Below are positions 53,608-63,956 of a DNA stretch of 64,000 nt, piece by piece. Source of the stretch: Candidatus Bathyarchaeota archaeon (GTDB taxonomy: Archaea > Thermoproteota > Bathyarchaeia > Bathyarchaeales > Bathycorpusculaceae); NCBI GenBank assembly GCA_963768425.1, contig CAVYHV010000013.1:39555-103554 (forward strand), written 5' to 3'. The position numbers were made by a program, and so were the translations under genes. Within the stretch, counting starts at the first letter, position 1, and every line of letters starts with the position of its first letter. The notes beneath the pieces are model-generated. The model had not been told where the DNA came from and did not search any database. It was given only the letters and a program-made list of their open reading frames with translations.

Positions 53608-54174
53608 ATGAGCGCTGACAAAATTGTTGTGGGTTTAGCAGGGATGCCTGGTTCGGGTAAATCCCTTGTTGTTGACGCCGCACGAGAGTTAGGTTACGAA
53701 ATCGTTGTCATGGGAGACGTTGTCAGGGCGGAAACAATTAAGCGGGGCTTTGATTTAACCGCGCACAATGTGGGCAGAGTTATGCTGGAACTTCGCGCAG
53801 AAGGCGGAAATGCCGTAGTGGCCTCAAAATGCATTCCCAAAATTGAAGAGCAAAGTGGTGACAAAGTTCTTGTTGATGGATTGCGAAGCCTCTACGAGGT
53901 TGATACTTTCAAGACACATTTCAATAAATTCTCCGTTGCAGCAGTGCACGCTTCACCTGAAACAAGGTTTAGCCGTTTGTTCAGCCGGCGCCGAAGCGAC
54001 GATCCCAATGTGTGGGAGGTCTTCTATGAACGTGACATGCGCGAACTTGGCGTCGGGTTAGGCAACGTTATTGCGATGGCTGAGCAGTTGATAGTTAACG
54101 ATAATAGTGCTGAAGAAGCTAAGGAAGCAGTTAGGAAAGCACTGGGAAGGATTGAGGCGAAATGGATCAAGTAA
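53608..54174 (+). CDS. UPF0200 P-loop nucleotide kinase-like protein
   Basis: GMPGSGKS, MGDVVR, DGLRS..E, RDMREL..G.G. Confidence 0.88.
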   Translation: MSADKIVVGLAGMPGSGKSLVVDAARELGYEIVVMGDVVRAETIKRGFDLTAHNVGRVMLELRAEGGNAVVASKCIPKIEEQSGDKVLVDGLRSLYEVDTFKTHFNKFSVAAVHASPETRFSRLFSRRRSDDPNVWEVFYERDMRELGVGLGNVIAMAEQLIVNDNSAEEAKEAVRKALGRIEAKWIK

Positions 54175-54563
54175 CAGTTCATGCGGAAACGGAAATTAAC
54201 CCGACCGAAACCGAAGAAAAAGTCAAAACCGCCGTCTTCAACATACTGAGCAACGTTTCTATAACAGTCACGCCCGATGGCAAATGCAGCGTTCTGAAGG
54301 CTGATGCGTCTGGGCAGGATTCTCTTTTTAAACTTCGCAACTTACTGCGAAACGATAGAATTCGTGACGCCGCCCGAAAAGCCCTGTTCCATGGCATTCG
54401 AGGAAACTTTATCAGCTTCTGCTTAAACAAGCAGGTAGCTTTTGCGGGGCACGTCTCTTTTTCGGAAGAGACAGCCGAGTCACCTTTAGGTCCCATACTT
54501 GTTACAATTACAAGTGATAATCCAAGGCAGCTAGTCGAGTGGCTCGCTGAAAGTACAAGGTAG
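54162..54563 (+). CDS. UPF0201 protein
   Basis: NPTE.EEKV, IRDAAR, LNKQVAFAG, SPLGPI. Confidence 0.88.
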   Translation: MDQVTVHAETEINPTETEEKVKTAVFNILSNVSITVTPDGKCSVLKADASGQDSLFKLRNLLRNDRIRDAARKALFHGIRGNFISFCLNKQVAFAGHVSFSEETAESPLGPILVTITSDNPRQLVEWLAESTR

Positions 54564-54574
54564 GCAACGACAGG

Positions 54575-55591
54575 ATGGCTGAAAGGGCGCAGGTAGCAAA
54601 AAACGGTGCAGTTCTGCTAGGTGAGAGCGTAGCTTGTGACGCGTTTGACGAGCATCGCCCCCTCCGGATCGTAACCCATGCGCATGCAGACCACCTTGGT
54701 GGCTTACGTAAAAGCGTCAAATGCTGCCAGAAAATTTTGATGACCAGTGCCACAAGAGACCTCGCCGAGAAACTTGACCACACCCTTAAACTTAGAAACG
54801 ATAGAATACAAACGTTAGCGTACGGCGAACCCATTCTGTTTAGCGACGAACGCATAACATTGCTTAAAGCCGACCACATTTTGGGCGCAGCGCAAGTGTT
54901 AGTTGAGGATGCCGGCGGCATACGAATTGTCTACAGCGGCGACTTCCGCGTTGACGGAACACCAACAGTAGAGTGCGACGTACTAGTCGTTGAGGCAACA
55001 TACGGGAGCCCATCCTGCAGACGCAAATTCAACGTGGATGTGCGTGAGCTCTTTGTCTCCATGGTTGAAAGACGCCTGCGCGGCGGATCCGTTTACGTTT
55101 TCGGGTACCACGGGAAACTTCAGGAAGCCATGCAGCTTCTAAGAGACGCTGACGTTTCGGTGCCCTTCGTTATGCCTGAGCGTGTCCATGAAATCACAGA
55201 AGTCTGCAAACACCATGGCATGCGAATCGGCGATATGTCGCTTTCAACGGATACAGACGGACACCGTCTTTTAGAAGACAACCTTCCGTGCGTCGCGTTT
55301 TACCACATGAATGCCCGCGGCTCTGTGGGGTTACGTAATGCACGCATCTGCCTCAGCGGCTGGGAATTCAACACGGCGTGCAAGCAAATCGGCGATAGGG
55401 AATATCTGGTTGCTTTGAGCGATCATTCGGATTTTGACGGGTTAATCGAGTACGTGGAACGCTCAAAAGCAAAACTAGTAATAACAGACAATTATCGGAG
55501 TCACGGCGCGGTTTTGGCTAAAGAAATCCGCAAAAGACTAGGAGTCTCCGCGTTCCCAATGCCTAGAACTCCTGGTCAAACCACATTGTAA
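54575..55591 (+). CDS. MBL-fold, beta-CASP-like nuclease
   Basis: THAHADH, HILGA, YSGDF, EATYG, LSDHSDF. Confidence 0.9.
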   Translation: MAERAQVAKNGAVLLGESVACDAFDEHRPLRIVTHAHADHLGGLRKSVKCCQKILMTSATRDLAEKLDHTLKLRNDRIQTLAYGEPILFSDERITLLKADHILGAAQVLVEDAGGIRIVYSGDFRVDGTPTVECDVLVVEATYGSPSCRRKFNVDVRELFVSMVERRLRGGSVYVFGYHGKLQEAMQLLRDADVSVPFVMPERVHEITEVCKHHGMRIGDMSLSTDTDGHRLLEDNLPCVAFYHMNARGSVGLRNARICLSGWEFNTACKQIGDREYLVALSDHSDFDGLIEYVERSKAKLVITDNYRSHGAVLAKEIRKRLGVSAFPMPRTPGQTTL

Positions 55592-55679
55592 GCCATTAAT
55601 ATCCTGTTGATTTTGGTTAAGCTTAAAAGCTCAAAGTGGAACTACTCTTTCAATTTACACTCACACAAGGTAATGGAAA

Positions 55680-56951
55680 TTGACTAAAACATCCGTAATT
55701 TCAGGTTTCTATAAGCTTCCGTTAAAGGAACGTTTAGCTATCATTAAAGATTTTGCAGGTTTAACCGACGAAGAAATCGCACTGCTTGAAAACACCGGTG
55801 CAGTTGCTTTTGACACAGTTAATCATATGGTAGAAAACGTGATTGGCGTTTTCCCTGAACCATTAGGTCTTGCAGTTAACTTCCAAATCAATGGCAAAGA
55901 TTATCTTATACCGATGGCGACTGAAGAGCCAAGCGTCATAGCAGCTGCCTGCTACGCGGCGAAAATGGTCCGCGACGGAGGAGGTTTCCACACAAGTAGC
56001 ACAGCGCCAATAATGATTGGTCAAGTTCAAGTTGTTGATTTAAAAGACTCTTTGCAAGCGAAAAAACAAGTTCTTGATGCCAAAGCGGATATTCTAAAGA
56101 AAGCAAACGATCAAGACCCGGTGTTGAATTCTTTCGGTGGCGGGGCCAAGGATCTGGATGCGAAGATCATCGAAACCACGATGGGAAAAATGCTTATCGT
56201 CGAGTTATATGTTGATTGCCGCGACGCAATGGGCGGGAACGCTGTAAACACAATGGCTGAAGCAATAGCTCCCCAAATTGAAGAGTTAACGGGAGGTCAT
56301 GTTTACCTGCGCATCATCTCTAACCTGGCTACTAAACGAATGACGAAAGCCTGGTGCTCGATACCTAAAGAATCCTTGGGTGGAGAAGCAGTGGTTGATG
56401 GCATCGCTTATGCTTCTGCTTTCGCAGCAGCTGACCCTTACCGTGCTGCAACACATAACAAAGGTGCTATGAATGGTATCATCGCCGTTGTTCTCGCCAC
56501 AGGAAATGACCATCGTGCTATCGAGGCTGGAGCCCACGCATACGCCGCATTGAATGGACCTTACACGAGCATTTCAAAATGGACCAAAAAAGCGAACGGC
56601 GACTTGGAAGGCGTCATTGAGCTACCAATGGCTGTGGGATTAATCGGCGGCGCAGTTAAAACCCATCCTGTAGCCCGGGTCGCCATGAAAATCCTAGGGG
56701 TTAAGACGGCCAACGAGTTTGCGGAAGTCTTGGCAGCGGTCGGATTAGCCCAAAACTTGGGTGCTCTTCGAGCATTAGCAAGTGAGGGTATCCAGCGAGG
56801 TCACATGTCACTTCATGCAAGAAACATAGCAATCACTGCCGGAGCAAAAGATGAATTGGTTGACTTGGTGGCTCAACAGATGGTTAAGGAGCGCAAAGTT
56901 CGAGTGGATAGAGCCAAAGAAATCATTGAAGAGCTTGATAAGAAGAAATAA
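55680..56951 (+). CDS. mvaA: Class II HMG-CoA reductase
   Basis: ENVIG, PMATEEPSV, DAMGGNAVN, ATHNKG.MNG, GIQRGHMSLH. Confidence 0.93.
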   Translation: MTKTSVISGFYKLPLKERLAIIKDFAGLTDEEIALLENTGAVAFDTVNHMVENVIGVFPEPLGLAVNFQINGKDYLIPMATEEPSVIAAACYAAKMVRDGGGFHTSSTAPIMIGQVQVVDLKDSLQAKKQVLDAKADILKKANDQDPVLNSFGGGAKDLDAKIIETTMGKMLIVELYVDCRDAMGGNAVNTMAEAIAPQIEELTGGHVYLRIISNLATKRMTKAWCSIPKESLGGEAVVDGIAYASAFAAADPYRAATHNKGAMNGIIAVVLATGNDHRAIEAGAHAYAALNGPYTSISKWTKKANGDLEGVIELPMAVGLIGGAVKTHPVARVAMKILGVKTANEFAEVLAAVGLAQNLGALRALASEGIQRGHMSLHARNIAITAGAKDELVDLVAQQMVKERKVRVDRAKEIIEELDKKK

Positions 56952-57016
56952 TCAACTCCAAAAGAAGAACACTCAACGAAAAAAACGTTTTCCAGCATCA
57001 GTTTGCCAGCTTTGCA

Positions 57017-57063
57017 AGTCTATCCTATCGCATAACTGTAGTCTATCCTATCGCATAACTGTA
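57017..57063. repeat. Perfect 23-bp tandem duplication AGTCTATCCTATCGCATAACTGT x2
   Basis: Direct reading; lies between convergent genes. Confidence 0.9.
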
Positions 57064-57073
57064 TGTAGTGAAA

Positions 57074-58093
57074 TTAACTAGGTTTTTGCTTCGCTGTTTT
57101 CCTTGATTGCTTTACGGTCTGATGGTTTCTAGCATTTCTGCTCATGATTTGCTTGGCTACGACTACTGCGGCTGCTGCAATTACTATTGCGATGATGATT
57201 GCAATGGCTATTGGGAGGATTGATGAAATGTTTGATTTGGTGTTCGATGATGAAGATGGAGTGGTCGGGGTATCAGTTGGTCCCGTGGTTCCTGTGGCTT
57301 GAGGGGAAGCTACGGGCGCTGCTCCTTGAAGAATCGGTCCTTGAGTTTGAACTAGCAGTTGATAGCTCTTGATTTGCAATGCTGCCGGGACAACCGACTG
57401 GTTCAAATCCAAAGCGGCAATTTCGAACGTTGTTGTATTGCCTGGTGTTAACGCTGTTGGGCTTAGGTAATCTGTATATCCTACGCCAATCACCGAGCCT
57501 GTAGAGTTGAAGAATGCTCCTACAACCGTTAAGTTTGTTGCTGTCTGGTCACCTGTATTTTTTATTACTCCGTTAACTACGTAGGCGCCTGTGTATCCTG
57601 CTGTTGTGCCGATTGACCCTTTGCTGCTTGTGATGGTTAAACCTTGGTATTGGTAGTTGCTTGTTGCGTTAGCTGAAGCAACATTGAGCCGAATACTGGA
57701 TAGTTCTCCAGCTTGAATCACATCATACCAGGTTGTGGTTGAGGCGGTGTTGGGCGAAATAAATTCCATGTAAAAGGGCGCTTTCTGTTGTGGTAATAAG
57801 TCTGATACCCAAACTTGGGTACCTGAATCTCCTGCGTCCGCGCCTCCTGTACCTATTATTGTTCCAGTCAGGGAAACCGATGAAATCGTGTTAGGACCCA
57901 CATTTTGAACAAGACCAACAACGTCAAGGTAACCTTCGGAATCAACGTAATAGCTGTAGTTTACAACTTTGACATCTGCAGTTTGACTATACGTCTTTGG
58001 AACAAAAACCAAACCAATGGAAAACAGCAATAACGCAACACAAAAACAAACTATCTTCTTGCCCATGAAATCTCCCTCTCCGAATTGATTCAA
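57074..58093 (-). CDS. FxLYD-like tandem Ig-domain membrane protein
   Basis: Signal peptide, two V.G.(V/I).N.G...L.P domains, Thr/Pro linker, TM. Confidence 0.75.
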   Translation of the reverse strand: MNQFGEGDFMGKKIVCFCVALLLFSIGLVFVPKTYSQTADVKVVNYSYYVDSEGYLDVVGLVQNVGPNTISSVSLTGTIIGTGGADAGDSGTQVWVSDLLPQQKAPFYMEFISPNTASTTTWYDVIQAGELSSIRLNVASANATSNYQYQGLTITSSKGSIGTTAGYTGAYVVNGVIKNTGDQTATNLTVVGAFFNSTGSVIGVGYTDYLSPTALTPGNTTTFEIAALDLNQSVVPAALQIKSYQLLVQTQGPILQGAAPVASPQATGTTGPTDTPTTPSSSSNTKSNISSILPIAIAIIIAIVIAAAAVVVAKQIMSRNARNHQTVKQSRKTAKQKPS

Positions 58094-58499
58094 TAACGCA
58101 TCCTAACAACTTTGTAGTATAAAGCTTTTTTTCAAAATTGAAACCCAAAGTCTCCCAAAGTGATTTCCCAGAATGTAACGTCTTCCGCCTGATTTTTAAC
58201 CAAAGATCAATCTCTTCAGTGTTTTAACATAGCGGAGGATGAATTCCGCCAGGAGAATCAACACATTTGTCATAAAATTGAAGAAATAATGCTTGCCCGT
58301 TTTATTTCGGGGAAGATTCTCGAGTTTGCGCATCAAGATTTAATTCCCAGTTGAGATTAAAAATAATGATTCAAATAGATTTGTGAGAGCAACTCTCGTA
58401 GGTTGAAAGCAGGAACTTGAAGAATTTCACCAAAAAACTCCAACTTCAGCGGCTTTGTTTGCCAATTGATATGTTAAATACAAATCCGAGGCGTGTAAA

Positions 58500-59540
58500 T
58501 TGAATGAGGCAAATCTCGCCAAAATCTTTGTGATTCTGCTAATCCTGCTCATTGCTTCGGTCGCTATTGGAGTCTACTTGGGGTTCCCATCAAATCCTGA
58601 GAGAAAGATAGATGAACCCATTCCACTCGCCCTCAGTTGCCCCCACGCTTAGCCCAACTCCGACGCCCACATCAACCCCCGCGCCGACCTTTACCCCCAC
58701 TCCAACGGCAACGCCCACACCTTCGCCTACATTTGAGCCTACTCCAACACCTACCGTTGCTCCGACTCCTGTTTTGACCCCATCCCCAACTCCTTTACCG
58801 ACCCCTCCCTGACTCCTTTACCGACACCGTCGCCGACACCATCACCGACGGCTACGCCAAACGCAACAACGGCAATAAACTGGGCGGGCTACGTGGTTTC
58901 CTCTGACCTGCAAAACCCTCAACCCGCCGTCACTGGAGTCAACGCATCCTGGGCGGTTCCTACAGTTACAACTTCTGTTAACAACACGTATTCTGCAATT
59001 TGGATAGGCATAGGCGGCCAATTTAACAATGACACTTCTCTTATTCAATGTGGGACAGAGCAGGATTCAAGAGACGGCTTCGCAAGATATTATGCTTGGT
59101 ATGAGATTTTACCGCAAAACGCAATTAATATTCCAGCCTACATAATTACCGTTTCGCCAGGAGACCAAATGCAAGCTTCAATTCAGCTTGCGAACGGAAC
59201 AATCAATCAATGGGTTATCAATATAACAGACATAACAACATCAAACTCTTTTCAGAGATCTGTGTTATACAACTCCAGCCAGTTAACAGCAGAATGGATA
59301 ATTGAAAGACCCACTGTTGACAATGTTATTTCGCAGTTGACGAGTTTCGGAAATGTGACCTTCACAGGCTGCAACGCAACAATTGGCTCAGTGTCAGGGG
59401 ATATTACCAGTTTTCCTTGGACAGCAATAAACATGGTTTCGTCAGCAGAGTCTGGAGGTTCGCCCGTGCAGTTAGCCGACGTTTCTGACCTTGCCCCTGA
59501 CGGGTCAGGGTTCACCGTTTACTGGCTCGGTTCTGGGTAG
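58500..59540 (+). CDS. Family G1 glutamic peptidase with N-terminal anchor and Pro/Thr stalk (frameshifted)
   Basis: [38 protein letters not shown]. Confidence 0.88.
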
Positions 59541-59660
59541 AAAAATCAGCTCCTAATAGTTGAAAGTTTTGTTGTTTAGCCTCTTTTGGAGGCAGGTTCT
59601 TTCGTTATTAAATGGCGATTTCTCAACAGTCGATTCTATTTTTTCTTATCAAGCGTGCGT

Positions 59661-60098
59661 TCATCGGCTATTGTCAGCTAATGGATATCTGCTCATAGCT
59701 GCAAGCATTACTTCACTGAAAGACTTTTTGCTGAGGTGGCGAGCAAAATCTGAAGTGGCAATTATGCCAACCAAAACGTTTTCTTTCGTCACCGGCAGTC
59801 TTCTTATTTTGTACTTGACCATTTTCCTCGCTGCATCTCTGAGCGAGGTACCCTCATCGATTGTTATGAGAGGATCTGACATTACTTCAGATATTTTAGT
59901 TTCAAACGATTTTTTCTGCGCCAATACCCTTCTAACTAAATCCCTTTCTGTAACTATGCCCTTAGCCACAACGCCATCCATTACCACTAGATCACCGACG
60001 TCTTGTTGGTGCATTAGTTTTGCAGCCTGAAGCACCGTTCCTTGAACATCAATTGTGATAACGTTTGTTGTCATAAAATCTTTTACAGTTGGCATCAT
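59661..60098 (-). CDS. CBS-domain protein
   Basis: VKDFMT, GIVTERD, IRRLPV, GII.TSD. Confidence 0.92.
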   Translation of the reverse strand: MMPTVKDFMTTNVITIDVQGTVLQAAKLMHQQDVGDLVVMDGVVAKGIVTERDLVRRVLAQKKSFETKISEVMSDPLITIDEGTSLRDAARKMVKYKIRRLPVTKENVLVGIIATSDFARHLSKKSFSEVMLAAMSRYPLADNSR

Positions 60099-60400
60099 TT
60101 ACAACTCTATAGTGATCAGTATAAAAGTTTTGCGACGGTAGCTTTCTTAGAAAAAATAGGAGATTTTCTTTTCTTTTATTTGTTAGCCTTTTTTCGAAAA
60201 TTGAGACCAATAATCCACCAATGTTGGTAATCTGTCAACATAAGATAGCATAATAATTAGGTTTGAATTGTCGACAGCGATCTTAAAGCGATTTTGTCCG
60301 AAAAAAGTACATCTGGACTAAAGTTAAACTGATTGTAAGCACATCCAGAATTTCCGTTAGGGTCAAAAGATAAATAACTGGTTTGGTTTAATGGTCTTAG

Positions 60401-60775
60401 ATGATAATTATGTCTGGTCCTGAGGATCTGAAAAAAATTCTTGGTCCAAACGAGACTGTTGAAATGTACATTCAACAGAAAATCTATCACCCCAAAATCA
60501 ACATAGATTCTGTTGTCATTACAAATGAACGCATAATTCTGCGACATCCTCACGCGCTTGGCTTAAAGAAGGATTATACAGACTTCAACTACAAGGATTT
60601 TGCCAATGTAATCTTGGACAAAGGAGTTTTGCGGTCCACTATCAAATGTGCTCTCAGATTCGGGGGCGAGCCCTTATCTTTAAATGACCTTCCAAATGCC
60701 GATGCAGAGAAAGCTTACGGAATCATAAGAGAAAACATCAGCAAAACATCGCCCGCGTCGCCTGTAACCCCGTAA
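60401..60775 (+). CDS. Bacterial-type PH-domain protein
   Basis: L.PNETVE, SVVITNERII. Confidence 0.75.
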   Translation: MIIMSGPEDLKKILGPNETVEMYIQQKIYHPKINIDSVVITNERIILRHPHALGLKKDYTDFNYKDFANVILDKGVLRSTIKCALRFGGEPLSLNDLPNADAEKAYGIIRENISKTSPASPVTP

Positions 60776-61199
60776 AAAATCTGACATGCAATAAAATAAA
60801 AAATTTCAAACCCCTTGGCTTGATGGAAATTTCCTCTAAATGTCTGATTGTAAGCAAAAAATAGTGTTTGGGTTTTTCCTTTAAATTTTTACCACAATAT
60901 GGCAGCGATGATGATCTAATCGCGAATAGCGTTGCGGATAGTATTATTGATTTGATCCAGCAGATTATCATTGCGATGAAAGCTATCTATTTAGTAAAAT
61001 CTGGGCGCTGCTGCGGCAAGCTTCACATAGTCGTTCAAACACATCGTCGTTTAAACCGTCGGTCTAACCATGATTTGAGAAATGAGGATGAGGGGCAGAC
61101 AGGGTTGCCCCGAGGCAAAAGTGATGGAGCTAAAATCTTGTCTTATAAGCCTACTTTTAGCTTATTTGCCTAAAATAAGCTTGTAATGAGGCTTAAAAG

Positions 61200-61244
61200 T
61201 GCTGCGGGTAAAATTCGAACCTGCGAACCCCTGAGGGAACGGAT
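61200..61244 (-). other. Degenerate 3' half of a tRNA-Leu (att-like scar)
   Basis: ATCCGTTCCCTCAGGGGTTCGCAGGTTCGAATTTTACCCGCAGCA: long variable arm, T-loop and acceptor 3' strand; no 5' half. Confidence 0.72.
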
Positions 61245-61252
61245 ATCCATCT

Positions 61253-61510
61253 TTATTTATCATAGACTGTTTTGCGGTGACCAAAAGTTCGAACATTTAC
61301 TGTTCGGTCAGATATTTGATAAATTATTCTGTAATCGCCGACTCGAAATGACTTAAGCTCGCTTAAACGTCCAACTAACTGTTTACCAGCAAGAGGGTTC
61401 TCTTCTAGAATCTTTAATTCCTTTAGGATTCGAATTTGGCTTTGCCTATTCAGTTGCTTAAGCCTCTTAAGAAACTCTCGTGCAAAGATGATTTCAAAGT
61501 TCTTTTTCAT
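61253..61510 (-). CDS. RelE/ParE-family toxin
   Basis: F.KRLKQL, L.ENP..GKQL.G, FRVGDYRIIY, GHRK.VY. Confidence 0.92.
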   Translation of the reverse strand: MKKNFEIIFAREFLKRLKQLNRQSQIRILKELKILEENPLAGKQLVGRLSELKSFRVGDYRIIYQISDRTVNVRTFGHRKTVYDK

Positions 61511-61724
61511 CGATGCTCAGTTCATCCAGCATCTCTTTGTAGGTAAGCACCTTGCCTTCTTTTAGGTCTTTTAGGCTTCTGTCAATGCTCTTCATCAATT
61601 TCTCATCGCTCAGGACTTCCAAAGTTTCCATAAGTTCCTCAACAACAGTACGGAGTTTTGGAAGCTCTTCAGCGATAACCTTGAGGTTTTTCTTATCTTC
61701 GTCAGTAAAAACAGTTTCAACCAA
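61494..61724 (-). CDS. Antitoxin cognate to the RelE-family toxin
   Basis: Acidic 76-aa ORF overlapping the toxin; ETLEVLSD..LMKSI.RS..DLKEGK. Confidence 0.85.
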   Translation of the reverse strand: MVETVFTDEDKKNLKVIAEELPKLRTVVEELMETLEVLSDEKLMKSIDRSLKDLKEGKVLTYKEMLDELSIDEKEL

Positions 61725-61864
61725 GCCAAGTCACCTAGTACTCTTCCTTATCTAACGATCTTTGTATCTATTAAAATTTCTCCAAACTAACGGCAAATCA
61801 GCTTGTTTTGTTTTCCTAGAAATTTTCTTGCATAGTGGGTTTCTATTTTGTGTTAGCAAGATAT

Positions 61865-62419
61865 CTATTTGATGAGTTCTTTTCCTATGTCCCAGGCTTT
61901 GGCGATTCTTTTGCCAAGGTTCCAGTAACTTCGGTCATTCATAACAAACAAGATTGGTTGTACCTTTTCAAAATCTATTTCTTCGTCGGTGAGGACAGTT
62001 TCGTCGCAGTGTGTGGCTTTTATTTTGCCTATGAATATGTCGTGATTTGGAAAATCAACGGTTTTTATGAGTTCGCATTCCATGTTGATGCTACATTGTT
62101 CAATCATTGGGGCGGTTTTGAGTTTTCCATAAAATGTTTTGAACGCGTCTGCTTTGTTTTTGTCTTTTCCTGAAACTAAGCCGCAAAAGTCAGTTTCTTT
62201 AACCATTTTTGTTGATGGAAGGTTGATGCTGAAGGTTTTGTTTGCTTTTATGCCCACATTAGTGTAATGAAGTTTGTTCATTCCTAACGAAACCGATTCA
62301 AGATCCATTATGCCAACATGAGCAATGGTGGTGTAATTCGGTTTTCCATTAACCAACGCTCCGACTAACGTGGTTGGCATCGGGTACAGACAGTTTTTTG
62401 CTCCAAGCTCAATCTTCAT
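61865..62419 (-). CDS. Flavin reductase-like FMN-binding protein
   Basis: YPMPTTLVG, FSINLPS, CGLVSG, APMIEQC..NMEC, HDIFIG. Confidence 0.9.
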   Translation of the reverse strand: MKIELGAKNCLYPMPTTLVGALVNGKPNYTTIAHVGIMDLESVSLGMNKLHYTNVGIKANKTFSINLPSTKMVKETDFCGLVSGKDKNKADAFKTFYGKLKTAPMIEQCSINMECELIKTVDFPNHDIFIGKIKATHCDETVLTDEEIDFEKVQPILFVMNDRSYWNLGKRIAKAWDIGKELIK

Positions 62420-62653
62420 TTTGTTTTCACTCTCAAAAATTTTTTTATCTCTAACTGAACCATTGTCTGTCATAACATATTAGTCTTAGGTGCAAGATTT
62501 ATTATAAAAAACCTGTTTTCCGCCTGTTTGCCAAAATAAGCCTCATGAAAAGGTTAAAAGTGCTGCGGGCTAGCTTCACACCGTTGTTTAAACCGTCGGT
62601 TTGAACTATAAAATTGCGAATAACAAGTTGATCGGGGGGATTTGAACCGTACT

Positions 62654-62778
62654 GAGAGTGTCTGAAAACTAATTTAACTTTCAGAAAATTGCTTATTTTA
62701 TGTAAATAATACTGGCTTACAAAAAAGATTCGAACATATTTGTAGCAATTTTTGAACTCAATTTGAGTTTTTACACAC
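62654..62778. mobile_element. Possible MITE or IS remnant
   Basis: Imperfect inverted ends GAGAGTGTCTGAAAACT and AGTTTTTACACAC; no ORF. Confidence 0.4.
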
Positions 62779-62791
62779 CTATGTGAAGTCT

Positions 62792-62967
62792 CTTATTTAG
62801 TTTACCTTTTCCATGTTTCGCTTCCACTTAATTCCTCACTTTTCCTTTCAGTCGATTGAGGCATACACCTATTCGCCCACACTAAAGAGGCAATATGGCT
62901 ACGCATCCAGGCTTCCTCAATCAGTCTGACGTCCACCAATGGGGACAGTGTGAAAAACGAGGAAAGT
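62792..62967 (-). ncRNA. Candidate bridge/seekRNA of the IS1111-type element
   Basis: ~175-nt non-coding region 3' of the transposase with complementary GATTGAGG/CCTCAATC and pyrimidine/purine outer arms. Confidence 0.55.
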
Positions 62968-63956
62968 TTAGGCCTGATCATAATAAGGGCGCTTATTCTT
63001 CAACACTGAATAACAGCACATCAACAACTTACGAGCTGCCGCCACAGTAGCAGCTCTTCTTCCTCTTCTTTCCGCTATTCCCTGATACGCCCTCGTTATG
63101 GAAGTATCGTACTTGTGAACATGCGTCTGAGCGGCTTCCACCATCACCCAACGCAGCCAACGGCTACCCTCCTTAGTGATCCCGCCATGCCTAACCACCC
63201 CACCAGAAGCATGAGTAGACGGCACAAGACCAGCATAACCACAAAGCCTCTCACCAAACGGAAAACGGTTAACATCGCCAATCTCACTCTTCACTAGCAA
63301 AGCAGAATAATAACCAATTCCTGGAACAGTCATCAAAAGCTTAACATCCTCATCTTCCTTAGCCAAACCCTCAAGCTGCCTAGAAAGCACTTTTATTTCC
63401 TCATCAAAAATGTCCATGATCCTAAGATAAGAATCAACAGACTCAAACTTCAAAGAGCCCAACCACTCAACACCTTTCCTAGAGAATAAACCATGTTCAG
63501 AAGGCCACTTGATTCCTTCATACGTCAGAAAACTCTTAATCTTCACACGAAGTTTGACACGTTCTCGGACCAAGAAAGCCCTTCGCCTCACTTTCTCTCT
63601 CAAATCCGACGTTTCTTTGCTTGGCACGTATGCAAGCGGCAACGCATCCAACCTCGCCAATTCAGCAATAACTTTGGAATCAACCCTGTCGCTTTTAATC
63701 CTAGCCTCCGCAATATAACGCGTCTTCTTAGGATGAGAAACCACAACATCAAATCCTTCGCTTGCCAGTTGCCTATAAAGCGATGCTACTGAAGTGGAAG
63801 CTTCCATCGCCACCTTGCCAACCTTAAAATGCGAAAGTACGACAGCACTTTCTCATTGGTCATTCTCGTTTGATTGATTATTTTTCCTTCAGGATTCAAA
63901 ATAGTCGCATAAGTACTATCCTTATGCACATCCAACCCACAAACAACGGCGCTCAT
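62968..63956 (-). CDS. IS110-family DEDD recombinase/transposase (frameshift near 63830)
   Basis: GLDVHKD, MEAS, KSDRVDS, VPGIG, EIGD..RF, YAGLVPS..ASGG, A.ARKL. Confidence 0.93.

Noticed and set aside
57017-57063. 23-bp duplication as a functional element
   Set aside because: Only two copies between convergent genes; slippage or an assembly artefact is more likely
58612-58860. Pro/Thr repeat ORF as a separate gene
   Set aside because: It is the frameshifted stalk of the G1 peptidase
62630-62650. GGTTCAAATCCCCCC as a tRNA
   Set aside because: Only a T-loop-like fragment without a paired stem or cloverleaf
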